54,009 bases of DNA, taken from Bacteroidales bacterium. Lineage in GTDB: Bacteria; Bacteroidota; Bacteroidia; Bacteroidales; DASVHX01. The translations under genes and the position numbers were made by a program. Below, piece after piece: positions 17,806-26,145 of the stretch. The notes under the pieces are model-generated. The model saw only the letters and a program-made list of their open reading frames with translations. It was not told the DNA's origin and searched no databases. Where the stretch lies: contig JBBRRV010000004.1 of the NCBI GenBank assembly GCA_038246075.1, forward strand, positions 1-54,009, given 5' to 3'. Numbering within the stretch: the stretch's first letter is position 1; each line of letters begins with the position of its first letter.

Positions 17806-19449
17806 ATGTTCAAAAAACTTTCGGTTTCCGTATTTATTTTGTCATTAATGTTAAGTTCCATGGTTGTTTCCGCTAAAATCAAGGTCGATCTGATTGTTCG
17901 TAATGCTATGATCTGCACAGTTGATGCAGCATTTTCAATGTGCAATTGTTTTGCGGTGGCCCAGGGCCGCTTTGTAGCCGTGGGCAGCGAAACCGATATT
18001 ATGAACCGTTATGATGCTCCGGAGGTTATAGATGCCAAAGGGAAATTTATCTACCCGGGATTGATCGATGCACACGCGCATTTTTATGGATATGCTCAGG
18101 GGCTAAACTATGCGGATCTTTCAATGGCCACCTCTGAAGCACAATTGCTTGAAATTCTTCAGCAACATGCCCGGCTGCATCCATCTGCATGGCTGGTGGG
18201 CAGGGGATGGGATCAGAATAAATGGCCTGAAAAGCAATTTCCGGATAATGCCAGGCTCAATCAATTGTTCCCGGATACACCGGTTGTGCTCACTCGCATA
18301 GATGGCCATGCCGTTTTGGCCAATAATGAAGCTATCAGGCGGGCGGGAATTGTTAATCCCACAGATATTAAGCAGGGAGAAGCTTTGCTGAAAAATGGCC
18401 ACTTCTCAGGAATCTTCCTCGAAAACACTGCTGACAAGCTTCGCCAGGCTATTCCAGTGCCCTCTGGTAACGAACTGGACCTGTTGCTTGGCCGCGCAGA
18501 AGCCAATTGTTTCAGCGTTGGCCTTACCACGGTTGCGGATGCCGGTCTGGATAAAACGACCATTCTGCACATCGATACCCTTCAGCGGAAAGGCAGCATG
18601 AAGCTTCGCATCTACGCCATGTTAAATCCTTCTGCTGAAAATTTACAGTATTTTCTAAAACAGGGGCCTTATATAACCGATCATCTGTCGGTACGTTCTG
18701 TAAAGTTATATGCCGACGGAGCCCTGGGATCAAGAGGAGCATGCCTGCTGCAACCATACGCTGATGCTCCTGATAATTCAGGGATGATCGTGACCTCTCC
18801 AGATACGCTGTTGCGTATATGCCGGCTGGCATATGATAATGGTTTCCAGGTAAATACGCATGCCATCGGCGATTCAGCTGTTCGTTTAATGCTGCACATG
18901 TATGCCGGCATACTTAACGGAAAAAATGACCGGAGATGGAGGATTGAACATGCCCAGGTTGTGGCAGGGGAGGACCTGCATCTTTTTGGTGAAAACAATA
19001 TCATACCTTCAATTCAGGCTACGCATGCCACATCGGATATGTACTGGGCAGCTGAAAGATTAGGCGCTGTGCGCGTAAAAACCGCCTATGCCTATGAGTT
19101 GCTGAAAGCACAAAATGGCTGGATTCCAAACGGAACCGATTTTCCGATAGAACAAATCAATCCATTGCTGAGTTTTTATGCTGCTACTTTCAGAATCGAC
19201 AGCAAAGGATATCCCGAAGGTGGATTTCAGTCCGAAAATGCACTTTCGAGGGAAGATGCGCTCCGGAGTATTACCATTTGGCCTGCCAGGGCTGCTTTTG
19301 AAGAAACCACGAAGGGTAGCATTGAAACAGGTAAACTTGCCGATTTTATTTTGTTAGATATTGACCTGATGAAGGCCCCTGCAAAAAGTATTCTAAATGC
19401 CCGGGTCGATGCTGTTTATTCAGGGGGAACATGTGTATTCACCCGCTGA
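17806..19449 (+). CDS. Secreted amidohydrolase (YtcJ/Amidohydro_3 family)
   Basis: Signal peptide; PGLIDAHAH, KLYADGALGSRGA, HAIGD, RIEHAQ, GTDFP. Confidence 0.92.
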   Translation: MFKKLSVSVFILSLMLSSMVVSAKIKVDLIVRNAMICTVDAAFSMCNCFAVAQGRFVAVGSETDIMNRYDAPEVIDAKGKFIYPGLIDAHAHFYGYAQGLNYADLSMATSEAQLLEILQQHARLHPSAWLVGRGWDQNKWPEKQFPDNARLNQLFPDTPVVLTRIDGHAVLANNEAIRRAGIVNPTDIKQGEALLKNGHFSGIFLENTADKLRQAIPVPSGNELDLLLGRAEANCFSVGLTTVADAGLDKTTILHIDTLQRKGSMKLRIYAMLNPSAENLQYFLKQGPYITDHLSVRSVKLYADGALGSRGACLLQPYADAPDNSGMIVTSPDTLLRICRLAYDNGFQVNTHAIGDSAVRLMLHMYAGILNGKNDRRWRIEHAQVVAGEDLHLFGENNIIPSIQATHATSDMYWAAERLGAVRVKTAYAYELLKAQNGWIPNGTDFPIEQINPLLSFYAATFRIDSKGYPEGGFQSENALSREDALRSITIWPARAAFEETTKGSIETGKLADFILLDIDLMKAPAKSILNARVDAVYSGGTCVFTR

Positions 19450-19541
19450 TACCTGCCAAAGACTTATCTTTGCCCTGCAATAAACGCTGACTGATGATAC
19501 AAAAGCGTTACTTATCAGTTCTATCATAAAAAAATATAAAA

Positions 19542-19946
19542 ATGAAACACACCGTTGAAGTGAATTGGCTGGATAACCTGGCTTTTGAGGCTAATGTTGA
19601 CAATCATAAGATTATTCTGGATACTGCTGAGACCGATCGGGGACCACGTCCCAAGGCGCTTACACTGGCTGCTGTGGCCGGGTGCTCGGGGATGGATGTC
19701 GTTTCAATCCTGGCCAAAATGCGCGTTGTGCCTGATGTCTTTGGCATGACGGTTACCGGAGACCTTACCGAGGAGCATCCCAAAATATATCACACGATAA
19801 CAATTGTCTACCGTTTTAAAGGCAAAGATTTACCGATGGACAAGCTGGAAAAAGCAGTTAATTTATCTCAGGAACGCTATTGCGGCGTGAGCGCCATGCT
19901 GGGAAAAGCAGCAAAAATTGTTACAAAAATTGTAATAGAGGAATAG
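19542..19946 (+). CDS. OsmC/YhfA family protein
   Basis: GPRPK...AGCSGMDVVSIL, LSQERYCGVSAML. Confidence 0.92.
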   Translation: MKHTVEVNWLDNLAFEANVDNHKIILDTAETDRGPRPKALTLAAVAGCSGMDVVSILAKMRVVPDVFGMTVTGDLTEEHPKIYHTITIVYRFKGKDLPMDKLEKAVNLSQERYCGVSAMLGKAAKIVTKIVIEE

Positions 19947-19953
19947 GCTGCTA

Positions 19954-20619
19954 TTACTTTACTGAATCGGGAATCCCTGAGAGCGGGATTGATTGGAGCA
20001 GTTCGGTAAATTCGCTCAGGATCATGGCTGTTGCACCCCAGATAATGACTTCACCAAAAACATAACAGGGGACTTCGAAAGTTGTACCATCACTCAGGAT
20101 AACCTTCCTGATTGTGGAGGTTTTTTTATCAAGCAAATCCTCCAGGTTAATTTCAATCAAAGCTTCGACTTCTCCGGGATCTGCCATAAAATCGGGCCTG
20201 CTGTCAGCCAGCCCGATGAAAGGGTAAACGATATAATTGCTTGGGGGGATATATAGGGGAGAAAGTGCGCCGATAAGGCGGATTTTTGATGATTCAACGC
20301 CAATTTCCTCATGCGTTTCGCGAAGTGCAGTTGCTGCCATGTCCGGGTCTGTGGTTTCCCATTTGCCTCCGGGCAAGCTTATCTGACCGCCATGAACACC
20401 ATTGTATGATGGCCTGAGCATGACAACTGTCTTTAATGCATGATCATGAGGGTATATAAGGATCAGCACACTGCTTTTAATGGCCCCGGGGTTAAGCAAG
20501 CCTTTCCGGATATCGTTTTCACGGTGGGCTGGTGCCATCAGCAACTGTCTGTCCACACCGGGTAATCCATCTGCCAGGCGTTGTGAAAGTAGTTTTGAAA
20601 AGGTCAACCAGTGTTGCAT
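19954..20619 (-). CDS. NUDIX hydrolase, CoA pyrophosphatase-like
   Basis: HGGQISLPGGK...TALRETHEEIG NUDIX box; IWGATAMIL. Confidence 0.92.
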   Translation of the reverse strand: MQHWLTFSKLLSQRLADGLPGVDRQLLMAPAHRENDIRKGLLNPGAIKSSVLILIYPHDHALKTVVMLRPSYNGVHGGQISLPGGKWETTDPDMAATALRETHEEIGVESSKIRLIGALSPLYIPPSNYIVYPFIGLADSRPDFMADPGEVEALIEINLEDLLDKKTSTIRKVILSDGTTFEVPCYVFGEVIIWGATAMILSEFTELLQSIPLSGIPDSVK

Positions 20620-20735
20620 AGGAACCAGCGGTATTTGGATTTTTATTTTTTTTGGCTTAAATTTACAGCTTAGATATCAAATACGCCGGAAATCTGTTTT
20701 TATTTTATTGCTTCATCATTTAAAAGGAGGTATTT

Positions 20736-21008
20736 GTGATTAAAGAAAAAAAGAACGTTTCGAAGCAGGATAGCGTTCAGAAAGCGCCAACAAATCAGCT
20801 GATCCTTTATAATGACGATTATCACACCTTCGATTTTGTCATAGAATCGCTCATGGAAGTATGCGGCCATGATGCCATAACTGCCGAGCAATGCACGATG
20901 ATTATCCATTACAAAGGCAAGTGTGATGTAAAATCGGGAAGCCAGGAAATCTTAAGTCCTTTGCGCAATGAACTGGATCATCGTGGGCTGATCGCAACAA
21001 TAGAATAA
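20736..21008 (+). CDS. clpS: ATP-dependent Clp protease adaptor ClpS
   Basis: LILYNDDYHTFDFVIESL, AEQC.MIIHYKGKC; GTG start. Confidence 0.92.
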   Translation: MIKEKKNVSKQDSVQKAPTNQLILYNDDYHTFDFVIESLMEVCGHDAITAEQCTMIIHYKGKCDVKSGSQEILSPLRNELDHRGLIATIE

Positions 21009-21290
21009 GTAAATGGCTAAAGTTCACTTTCCTATCATGAAGGTCATAGATTGATAATGCGGCCAACAAATTTTAAATTTCTAACCTCCCGGTATCTTCC
21101 ACATTAATTATTGACAGCGTTTTAGCAGGATTGCATGGCTAAATTCCCGAAAATGTGTGAAATATGTAATTCTTTTTAAAAATTATGTAATTCTTAACAC
21201 TTAGTCTATGCCTAATTTAGCCGCTTCAAAATACCTGATTGTACCTGAAAATGCTAAGTAAATATATAATCACCAGTAATTTTAATTAAC

Positions 21291-22085
21291 ATGAAAACAA
21301 AAGTAGTCTCCTTGATTTTATTGTCGTTTGTTATTTTTTCATGTTCAACTGTGCCGATTACCGGTCGCAGGCAGGCACACATACTTCCGCAGAGTATGAT
21401 GACCAGCATGAGCCTGACTAACTACCAGGATTTTTTAAAGACAAACCATCCGGTATCCACTAATGATGCAAACGCCCGCCTTGTGCAAAAAGTTGGACAA
21501 AAGATAAGCGCCGCCGTGGTGCGTTATATGAATGCGAACAATTATGCCGACCGTGTTGCAGGTTTTAATTGGGAATTCAACCTGGTCAACGGTAAAGATG
21601 TTAATGCCTGGTGTATGCCTGGCGGAAAAGTTGTTGTTTATAGCGGTTTGCTGCCTTATTCCAAGGACGAATCCGGACTGGCAGTGGTTATGGGTCACGA
21701 AATTGCGCATGCCGTTGCCCAGCATGGAAACGAACGCATGAGCCAGCAATTGGTCATACAGGCGGCAGGCATGTCGCTGGATTTGTTTATGCAACAAAAA
21801 CCTCAGCAGACCCACGATATATTTATGGCAGCTTTTGGCGCTGGCTCGCAATTAGGCGAATTGGCTTATTCCCGCAGTCATGAAAGCGAAGCTGATAAAT
21901 TGGGCCTGGTTTTTATGGCCATGGCAGGTTACGATCCTGCCAGGGCACTAAGTTTCTGGGACGATATGAAAACAGCAGGAGGAGCAAAACCACCCGTATT
22001 CCTGAGTACCCATCCGAGCGACGATCAGCGCATCAGTGACATTAAGGCTTATATACCTCAGGCCCGCAAATACGCCGGAAAGTAA
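21291..22085 (+). CDS. M48 family metallopeptidase lipoprotein
   Basis: Lipobox FSC; NAWCMPGGKVVVYSG, GHEIAHA (HExxH), ESEAD, LSTHP. Confidence 0.95.
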   Translation: MKTKVVSLILLSFVIFSCSTVPITGRRQAHILPQSMMTSMSLTNYQDFLKTNHPVSTNDANARLVQKVGQKISAAVVRYMNANNYADRVAGFNWEFNLVNGKDVNAWCMPGGKVVVYSGLLPYSKDESGLAVVMGHEIAHAVAQHGNERMSQQLVIQAAGMSLDLFMQQKPQQTHDIFMAAFGAGSQLGELAYSRSHESEADKLGLVFMAMAGYDPARALSFWDDMKTAGGAKPPVFLSTHPSDDQRISDIKAYIPQARKYAGK

Positions 22086-22110
22086 CTTAACTTTATGTGA
22101 GACAAAAAGT

Positions 22111-22140
22111 AAAGCTCCGGTTTCAACCGGGGCTTTTTTT
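22111..22140 (+). terminator. Intrinsic terminator
   Basis: AAAGCTCCGGT-TTCA-ACCGGGGCTTT followed by T run. Confidence 0.85.
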
Positions 22141-22202
22141 GCTTTACAGGAATACCCGGAATCACATCTCAAATACCTAAATTTGCAAAAGGAAACTTTA
22201 CT

Positions 22203-24401
22203 ATGCCAACAGAAATAAGTATACAATACCGGAATGAAATAATAAATCATTATCGCATGTTGATGGGTTCCTGCTGTCACATTGATAATAAACATGATAT
22301 TAAACTCATACGTTCGGCATTTGAACTTTTACTTGAGGCACATAAGGACTTACGCCGTGAAACCGGCGAACCACATCTTTTTCATGCAACTGCAGTAGCC
22401 ATGATCGTTGCAGGCGAAATGGGCCTGACAACGGTTAGCATTGTATCGGCATTACTGCATGATATTCTGAGGGATAGCTCACTTACGGCTGCAGAACTGG
22501 AGCAAAAATTCGGCAAAAAAGTTGCTTCAATTTTACGAAAGGTAAACCGTATTTCATCGCTCCGCATGGACAAGGTATCCATGAATGCTGGAAATTTCAT
22601 CCATTTGCTGCTTTCTCTTTCCGATGATGTTACCGTCATTCTGATCAGGCTGGCTGACCGGCTGCATTTCATGCGTATTCTGGGCAGTCTTTCGCCGGAA
22701 ACCCAGCTACAGATATCTTCCGAAACTTCAAACCTTTATGCGCCCATTGCACACAGGCTGGGCTTGTATAAAATAAAAACTGAACTCGAAGAACTTTCAA
22801 TGCAATATGCCCAGCCCAGCATCTATACATCAATTTCCAAAAAGATAGAACAAAGCCGTGAAAGTCAGGATGAGTATATAAAGCAATTTGTTCAACCTGT
22901 ACGTGCTGAACTTAAAGCACAGGGATTTGATGTGGAAATTAAAGCACGTACCAAATCAATTTCATCGATATGGGCTAAAATGCGAAAGCAAAAAGTTGAT
23001 TTCGATCAGGTATATGATTTGTTTGCAGTACGAATTATCTCAAACAGCCTTCCTGACCATGAAAAGGATGATTGCTGGAAGATTTACAGTCTGGTTACGA
23101 ACATTTATCAGCCCAACCCAACACGCTTGCGCGACTGGGTATCTGTCCCGAAAACCAATGGCTATGAATCATTGCATACCACAGTAAAAGGATTGAATGA
23201 TAAATGGGTTGAAGTTCAGATCCGCACAAAACGCATGGACGAACTCGCCGAAGGAGGTCATGCTGCGCATTGGAAATACAAAGAGATGAAAGGTGAGCAG
23301 GAAATGGATTCATGGCTTAAACAGATGCGGAATGTTCTTGAAAATCCGCTTCCTGGTGAAAGAGAATCTGATACTTCAGCTCAAATGGACCTGTATACGG
23401 AAACCATTTTTGTATTTACGCCCCAGGGCGACCTGCGAAAGCTAAAAGCAGGGGCTACTGTGCTGGATTTTGCTTTTGAAATTCATTCGGATGTTGGATC
23501 AAGATGCACAGGCGCTAAAGTAAATAATACCTATGTCCCGCTGAAATACCTGCTTAAAACCGGTGACCAGGTTGAAGTAATTACCTCAAAAGCGCAGCAC
23601 CCAAGTCTGGATTGGCTCAATTTTGTAACAACATCAAAGGCTGTCAGCAAGATCAAACGTTATCTGAAGGAAGCTGAGTTCGCACAGGCTGATTTCGGGA
23701 AAGATATACTGCGCAGGAAACTCAGCCAGCTTAAGCTTAATTATACCGACGAAACGATCAACAAAATAGTTGCACATTTTAAATTGGGCAGTCCGCTCGA
23801 ACTTTTTCAGGCCATAGCTACGGAAAAGGCAGATATTTCACGCTTACGCGAAATACTTTTCCCACCCTCAAGACCAACAGATCTGCTGCTTACTGAGAAA
23901 CCATTTACCCGGCCGCTGCCTGCTCAAAAAATGGCTGCCACGCATGAAGGTACTGCCATTATTATCAATGACAACCAGGAACTTGCCGGATTTAAATTTG
24001 CCAAATGTTGTAATCCGGTGCAGGGTGATGATATCTTTGGCTTTATTACTGTAGGCGAAGGAATAAAAATTCACCGTGCTGATTGCCCGAATGCCAGGCA
24101 GATGCAAACTTATTACAGCTACAGGATTGTTGAAGCCCGATGGAGCATAGCTACCGATGAAGCCTCCTTTCTGGTTGAAATACAGGTAACAGGCAACGAC
24201 CAGCTTGGCATCGTAAGTTCAATATCGCAAACAATTTCCGACGATCTGAAAGTAAATATGCGCAGTATCCGCTTCGATTCAGCAAATGGTAAATTCAGTG
24301 GCCGCATAACACTTTTTGTAACAGATAAAATTCACCTGGATAACTTATTGCGCAGGCTCAGTAAAATTAAAGGCGTTGTAAAAGCTGGCAGGATCAGTTA
24401 A
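22203..24401 (+). CDS. Long RelA/SpoT homolog, (p)ppGpp synthetase with degenerate HD domain
   Basis: YAPIAHRLGL, YDLFAVR, NGYESLHTTV, EVQIRT, AAHWKYK, TGS (FTPQG...DFAFEIHS), AKCCNP, ACT domain. Confidence 0.95.
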   Translation: MPTEISIQYRNEIINHYRMLMGSCCHIDNKHDIKLIRSAFELLLEAHKDLRRETGEPHLFHATAVAMIVAGEMGLTTVSIVSALLHDILRDSSLTAAELEQKFGKKVASILRKVNRISSLRMDKVSMNAGNFIHLLLSLSDDVTVILIRLADRLHFMRILGSLSPETQLQISSETSNLYAPIAHRLGLYKIKTELEELSMQYAQPSIYTSISKKIEQSRESQDEYIKQFVQPVRAELKAQGFDVEIKARTKSISSIWAKMRKQKVDFDQVYDLFAVRIISNSLPDHEKDDCWKIYSLVTNIYQPNPTRLRDWVSVPKTNGYESLHTTVKGLNDKWVEVQIRTKRMDELAEGGHAAHWKYKEMKGEQEMDSWLKQMRNVLENPLPGERESDTSAQMDLYTETIFVFTPQGDLRKLKAGATVLDFAFEIHSDVGSRCTGAKVNNTYVPLKYLLKTGDQVEVITSKAQHPSLDWLNFVTTSKAVSKIKRYLKEAEFAQADFGKDILRRKLSQLKLNYTDETINKIVAHFKLGSPLELFQAIATEKADISRLREILFPPSRPTDLLLTEKPFTRPLPAQKMAATHEGTAIIINDNQELAGFKFAKCCNPVQGDDIFGFITVGEGIKIHRADCPNARQMQTYYSYRIVEARWSIATDEASFLVEIQVTGNDQLGIVSSISQTISDDLKVNMRSIRFDSANGKFSGRITLFVTDKIHLDNLLRRLSKIKGVVKAGRIS

Positions 24402-24433
24402 CGCAAGATCATTTTGCCAATTATCTTCAAACG

Positions 24434-24961
24434 ATGACAACCCCAGGGTATATTAATTCGGGCAATAAACTTGATGAAGGGAAAACCTATCTTTTCGGGG
24501 TACTTGGCCTGGTTATGCTTCAGGATGAAAGAGCTTATCTGATTCTTGAAGATCCTTATCATATTAAGCATTTGTTGCCCTCATGGCTTTATACAAACTA
24601 CAACATTGAACAGGGACAGACCATTAAATGCCTTGTAGATAAAATCAATTGCACAGGACGCGTTTACCTTGAACCTGAACATCCGGTTTATTCCATTGGT
24701 TGTGTTTACATTTTTCCACTTCGGTCTGTTCAAAAGCATGAACAGCGAAAGAAGTGTAAACTCACCCTGACCGATACCTTCGAAAACGAAATCGAGGTGG
24801 AATGCCTTGAGGAATTTGTTGAAGCATTGAACAGTCTTGATTTTGTTAGTTGCACTGTCATGCGCATCCGCAAAGGAAAACCTGTTTTGGCGCTGGAAAA
24901 ACAGTTTAAGGAACAATTAAAAAATAGGTTAACATCCCGTCATGCAGGATCTGTAGATTAA
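24434..24961 (+). CDS. Hypothetical protein with two OB/S1-like beta repeats
   Basis: Internal duplication GKTYLF..V / GCVYIF..L and IKCLVDKI..GRVYL / VSCTVMRI.KGKPVL. Confidence 0.7.
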   Translation: MTTPGYINSGNKLDEGKTYLFGVLGLVMLQDERAYLILEDPYHIKHLLPSWLYTNYNIEQGQTIKCLVDKINCTGRVYLEPEHPVYSIGCVYIFPLRSVQKHEQRKKCKLTLTDTFENEIEVECLEEFVEALNSLDFVSCTVMRIRKGKPVLALEKQFKEQLKNRLTSRHAGSVD

Positions 24962-25033
24962 CTTCAGCTAAAGTTATGAACAATTGTTGATAACTTATGT
25001 GTATGATTTGTTTATTCTTTTAGTTGAAAAAAC

Positions 25034-25065
25034 TTGCAAACAGGGGAGCGGATGTTGTATATTTA
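25034..25065 (+). promoter_or_regulatory. Bacteroidota sigma-A-like promoter for the candidate ncRNA
   Basis: TTG (25034-36), 21-nt spacer, TATATTTA (25058-65; consensus TAnnTTTG with one mismatch). Confidence 0.6.
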
Positions 25066-25070
25066 ATTCA

Positions 25071-25376
25071 CCAAGTAAGCGATAAAAAGTTGGCAAACAG
25101 GGTGGCTGAGAAAAGTTGAAATTTGCAAAAACGTAAACCGATTAGCAGTCATAATCCCGGATCGAAATCCCGAAAGGGAAAAACAGAAAGGATGAATCTG
25201 GAGCAGGGTAATGCAAAAAGCACCTTAAAAGGCAGAAGGCAAAACCTGGGAAAGGGAGGTTAGCAATAACCTCCACAATCCAAAACTTAATAACAGTAGC
25301 TTGGCACTCCATGCAGGCTAAGGCATGCAGAAAGTGGATAGGAGTTCTTTCGACAAGAAAGAACTCCTATTTGTTT
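25071..25376 (+). ncRNA. Candidate large multi-branched structured ncRNA, family unrecognised
   Basis: No ORF >=60 aa; nested helices with GAAA and GCAA tetraloops; 5'/3' closing stem; own promoter and terminator. Confidence 0.7.
25338..25376 (+). terminator. Intrinsic terminator closing the candidate ncRNA
   Basis: ATAGGAGTTCTTTC-GACAA-GAAAGAACTCCTAT perfect 14-bp stem + TTGTTT. Confidence 0.8.
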
Positions 25377-25500
25377 GTATATGCATCATAACCTTATACA
25401 GCTGGCAAGATGACAGGATTTTCTGGTTAGGGTTGGATAGGAACTGACTAAAAGATTGAACAACAATTACGGATATACAATTGAAGAGGGCATGGTTGGC

Positions 25501-25541
25501 CGCAACAAAAAAAGGAGCTGAAGGCTCCTTTTTTTGTTGCG
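25501..25541 (-). terminator. Strong bidirectional intrinsic terminator
   Basis: CGCAACAAAAAAAGGAGC-TGAAG-GCTCCTTTTTTTGTTGCG, 18-bp perfect inverted repeat. Confidence 0.88.
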
Positions 25542-25614
25542 TTTTTTAATTAATTAATTTTTGATGCGTTTTTTAATCAATCAAATTAGTAGTGTAGTAC
25601 TGGTGCTTATATTC
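25506..25614 (-). ncRNA. Candidate ~110-nt sRNA with duplicated A-rich motif
   Basis: Minus-strand TAATTTAG (25627-25620) and TTG 18 nt upstream; two TT(G/A)ATT(G/A)ATTAAAAAACGCA copies; terminator at 25501-25541. Confidence 0.45.
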
Positions 25615-25747
25615 TGCCGCTAAATTACATGATAGTTGGAATGTACAATAGCTTCAATCGTTAAAAAATGTTAATTGGCTGTAATTAGTATAACTGAGCT
25701 GCCTGTGGAGGATGATAAAAGTTGGTGATGATGGAACTTGGTTCATT

Positions 25748-26050
25748 TCAATCCTCCTTATCTATCTCAGGCTCTTCCTCCTCAATATTTTCTTCCGATT
25801 CTTTCATGCTGCTGGTATCATCGAAAATATCCTCATCTTCCTTAGCGCTCTTCTGATCAATCTTAACGGGCACCTTTACCAGATAACTTGCCTGATCTGT
25901 GTCTACTGTAACAGCATAGAAAAAACTATCGTTACCTGTTTTCACCTTCATAACAAAATTGTTATAGCCAAGCGGATATTTCAAACGCAAAGCTTCAACC
26001 GCATCCGGAGGTAAGTTATTGAGGTTTATGATTATGCGTTTCTTCTCCAT
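25748..26050 (-). CDS. Conserved-looking Bacteroidota small protein with acidic C-terminal tail
   Basis: KRIII...L..KYP.GY...F.AV.V.T...YLVKV core then D/E-rich tail. Confidence 0.82.
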   Translation of the reverse strand: MEKKRIIINLNNLPPDAVEALRLKYPLGYNNFVMKVKTGNDSFFYAVTVDTDQASYLVKVPVKIDQKSAKEDEDIFDDTSSMKESEENIEEEEPEIDKED

Positions 26051-26145
26051 GTGATTTTAGTGGTTGCGATATGAGAGTGCAATATTACGCAACAATAATA
26101 AAAAACAAAAGTTCTGTTTATAATTTTAACTATTATTAATAGCAA

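Noticed and set aside
25071-25376. RNase P RNA, tmRNA, SRP RNA, 6S RNA or riboswitch
   Set aside because: No GAGGAAAGUCC, no tRNA-like ends or T-loop, no SRP domain IV motif; branched rather than rod-like; no downstream gene to regulate
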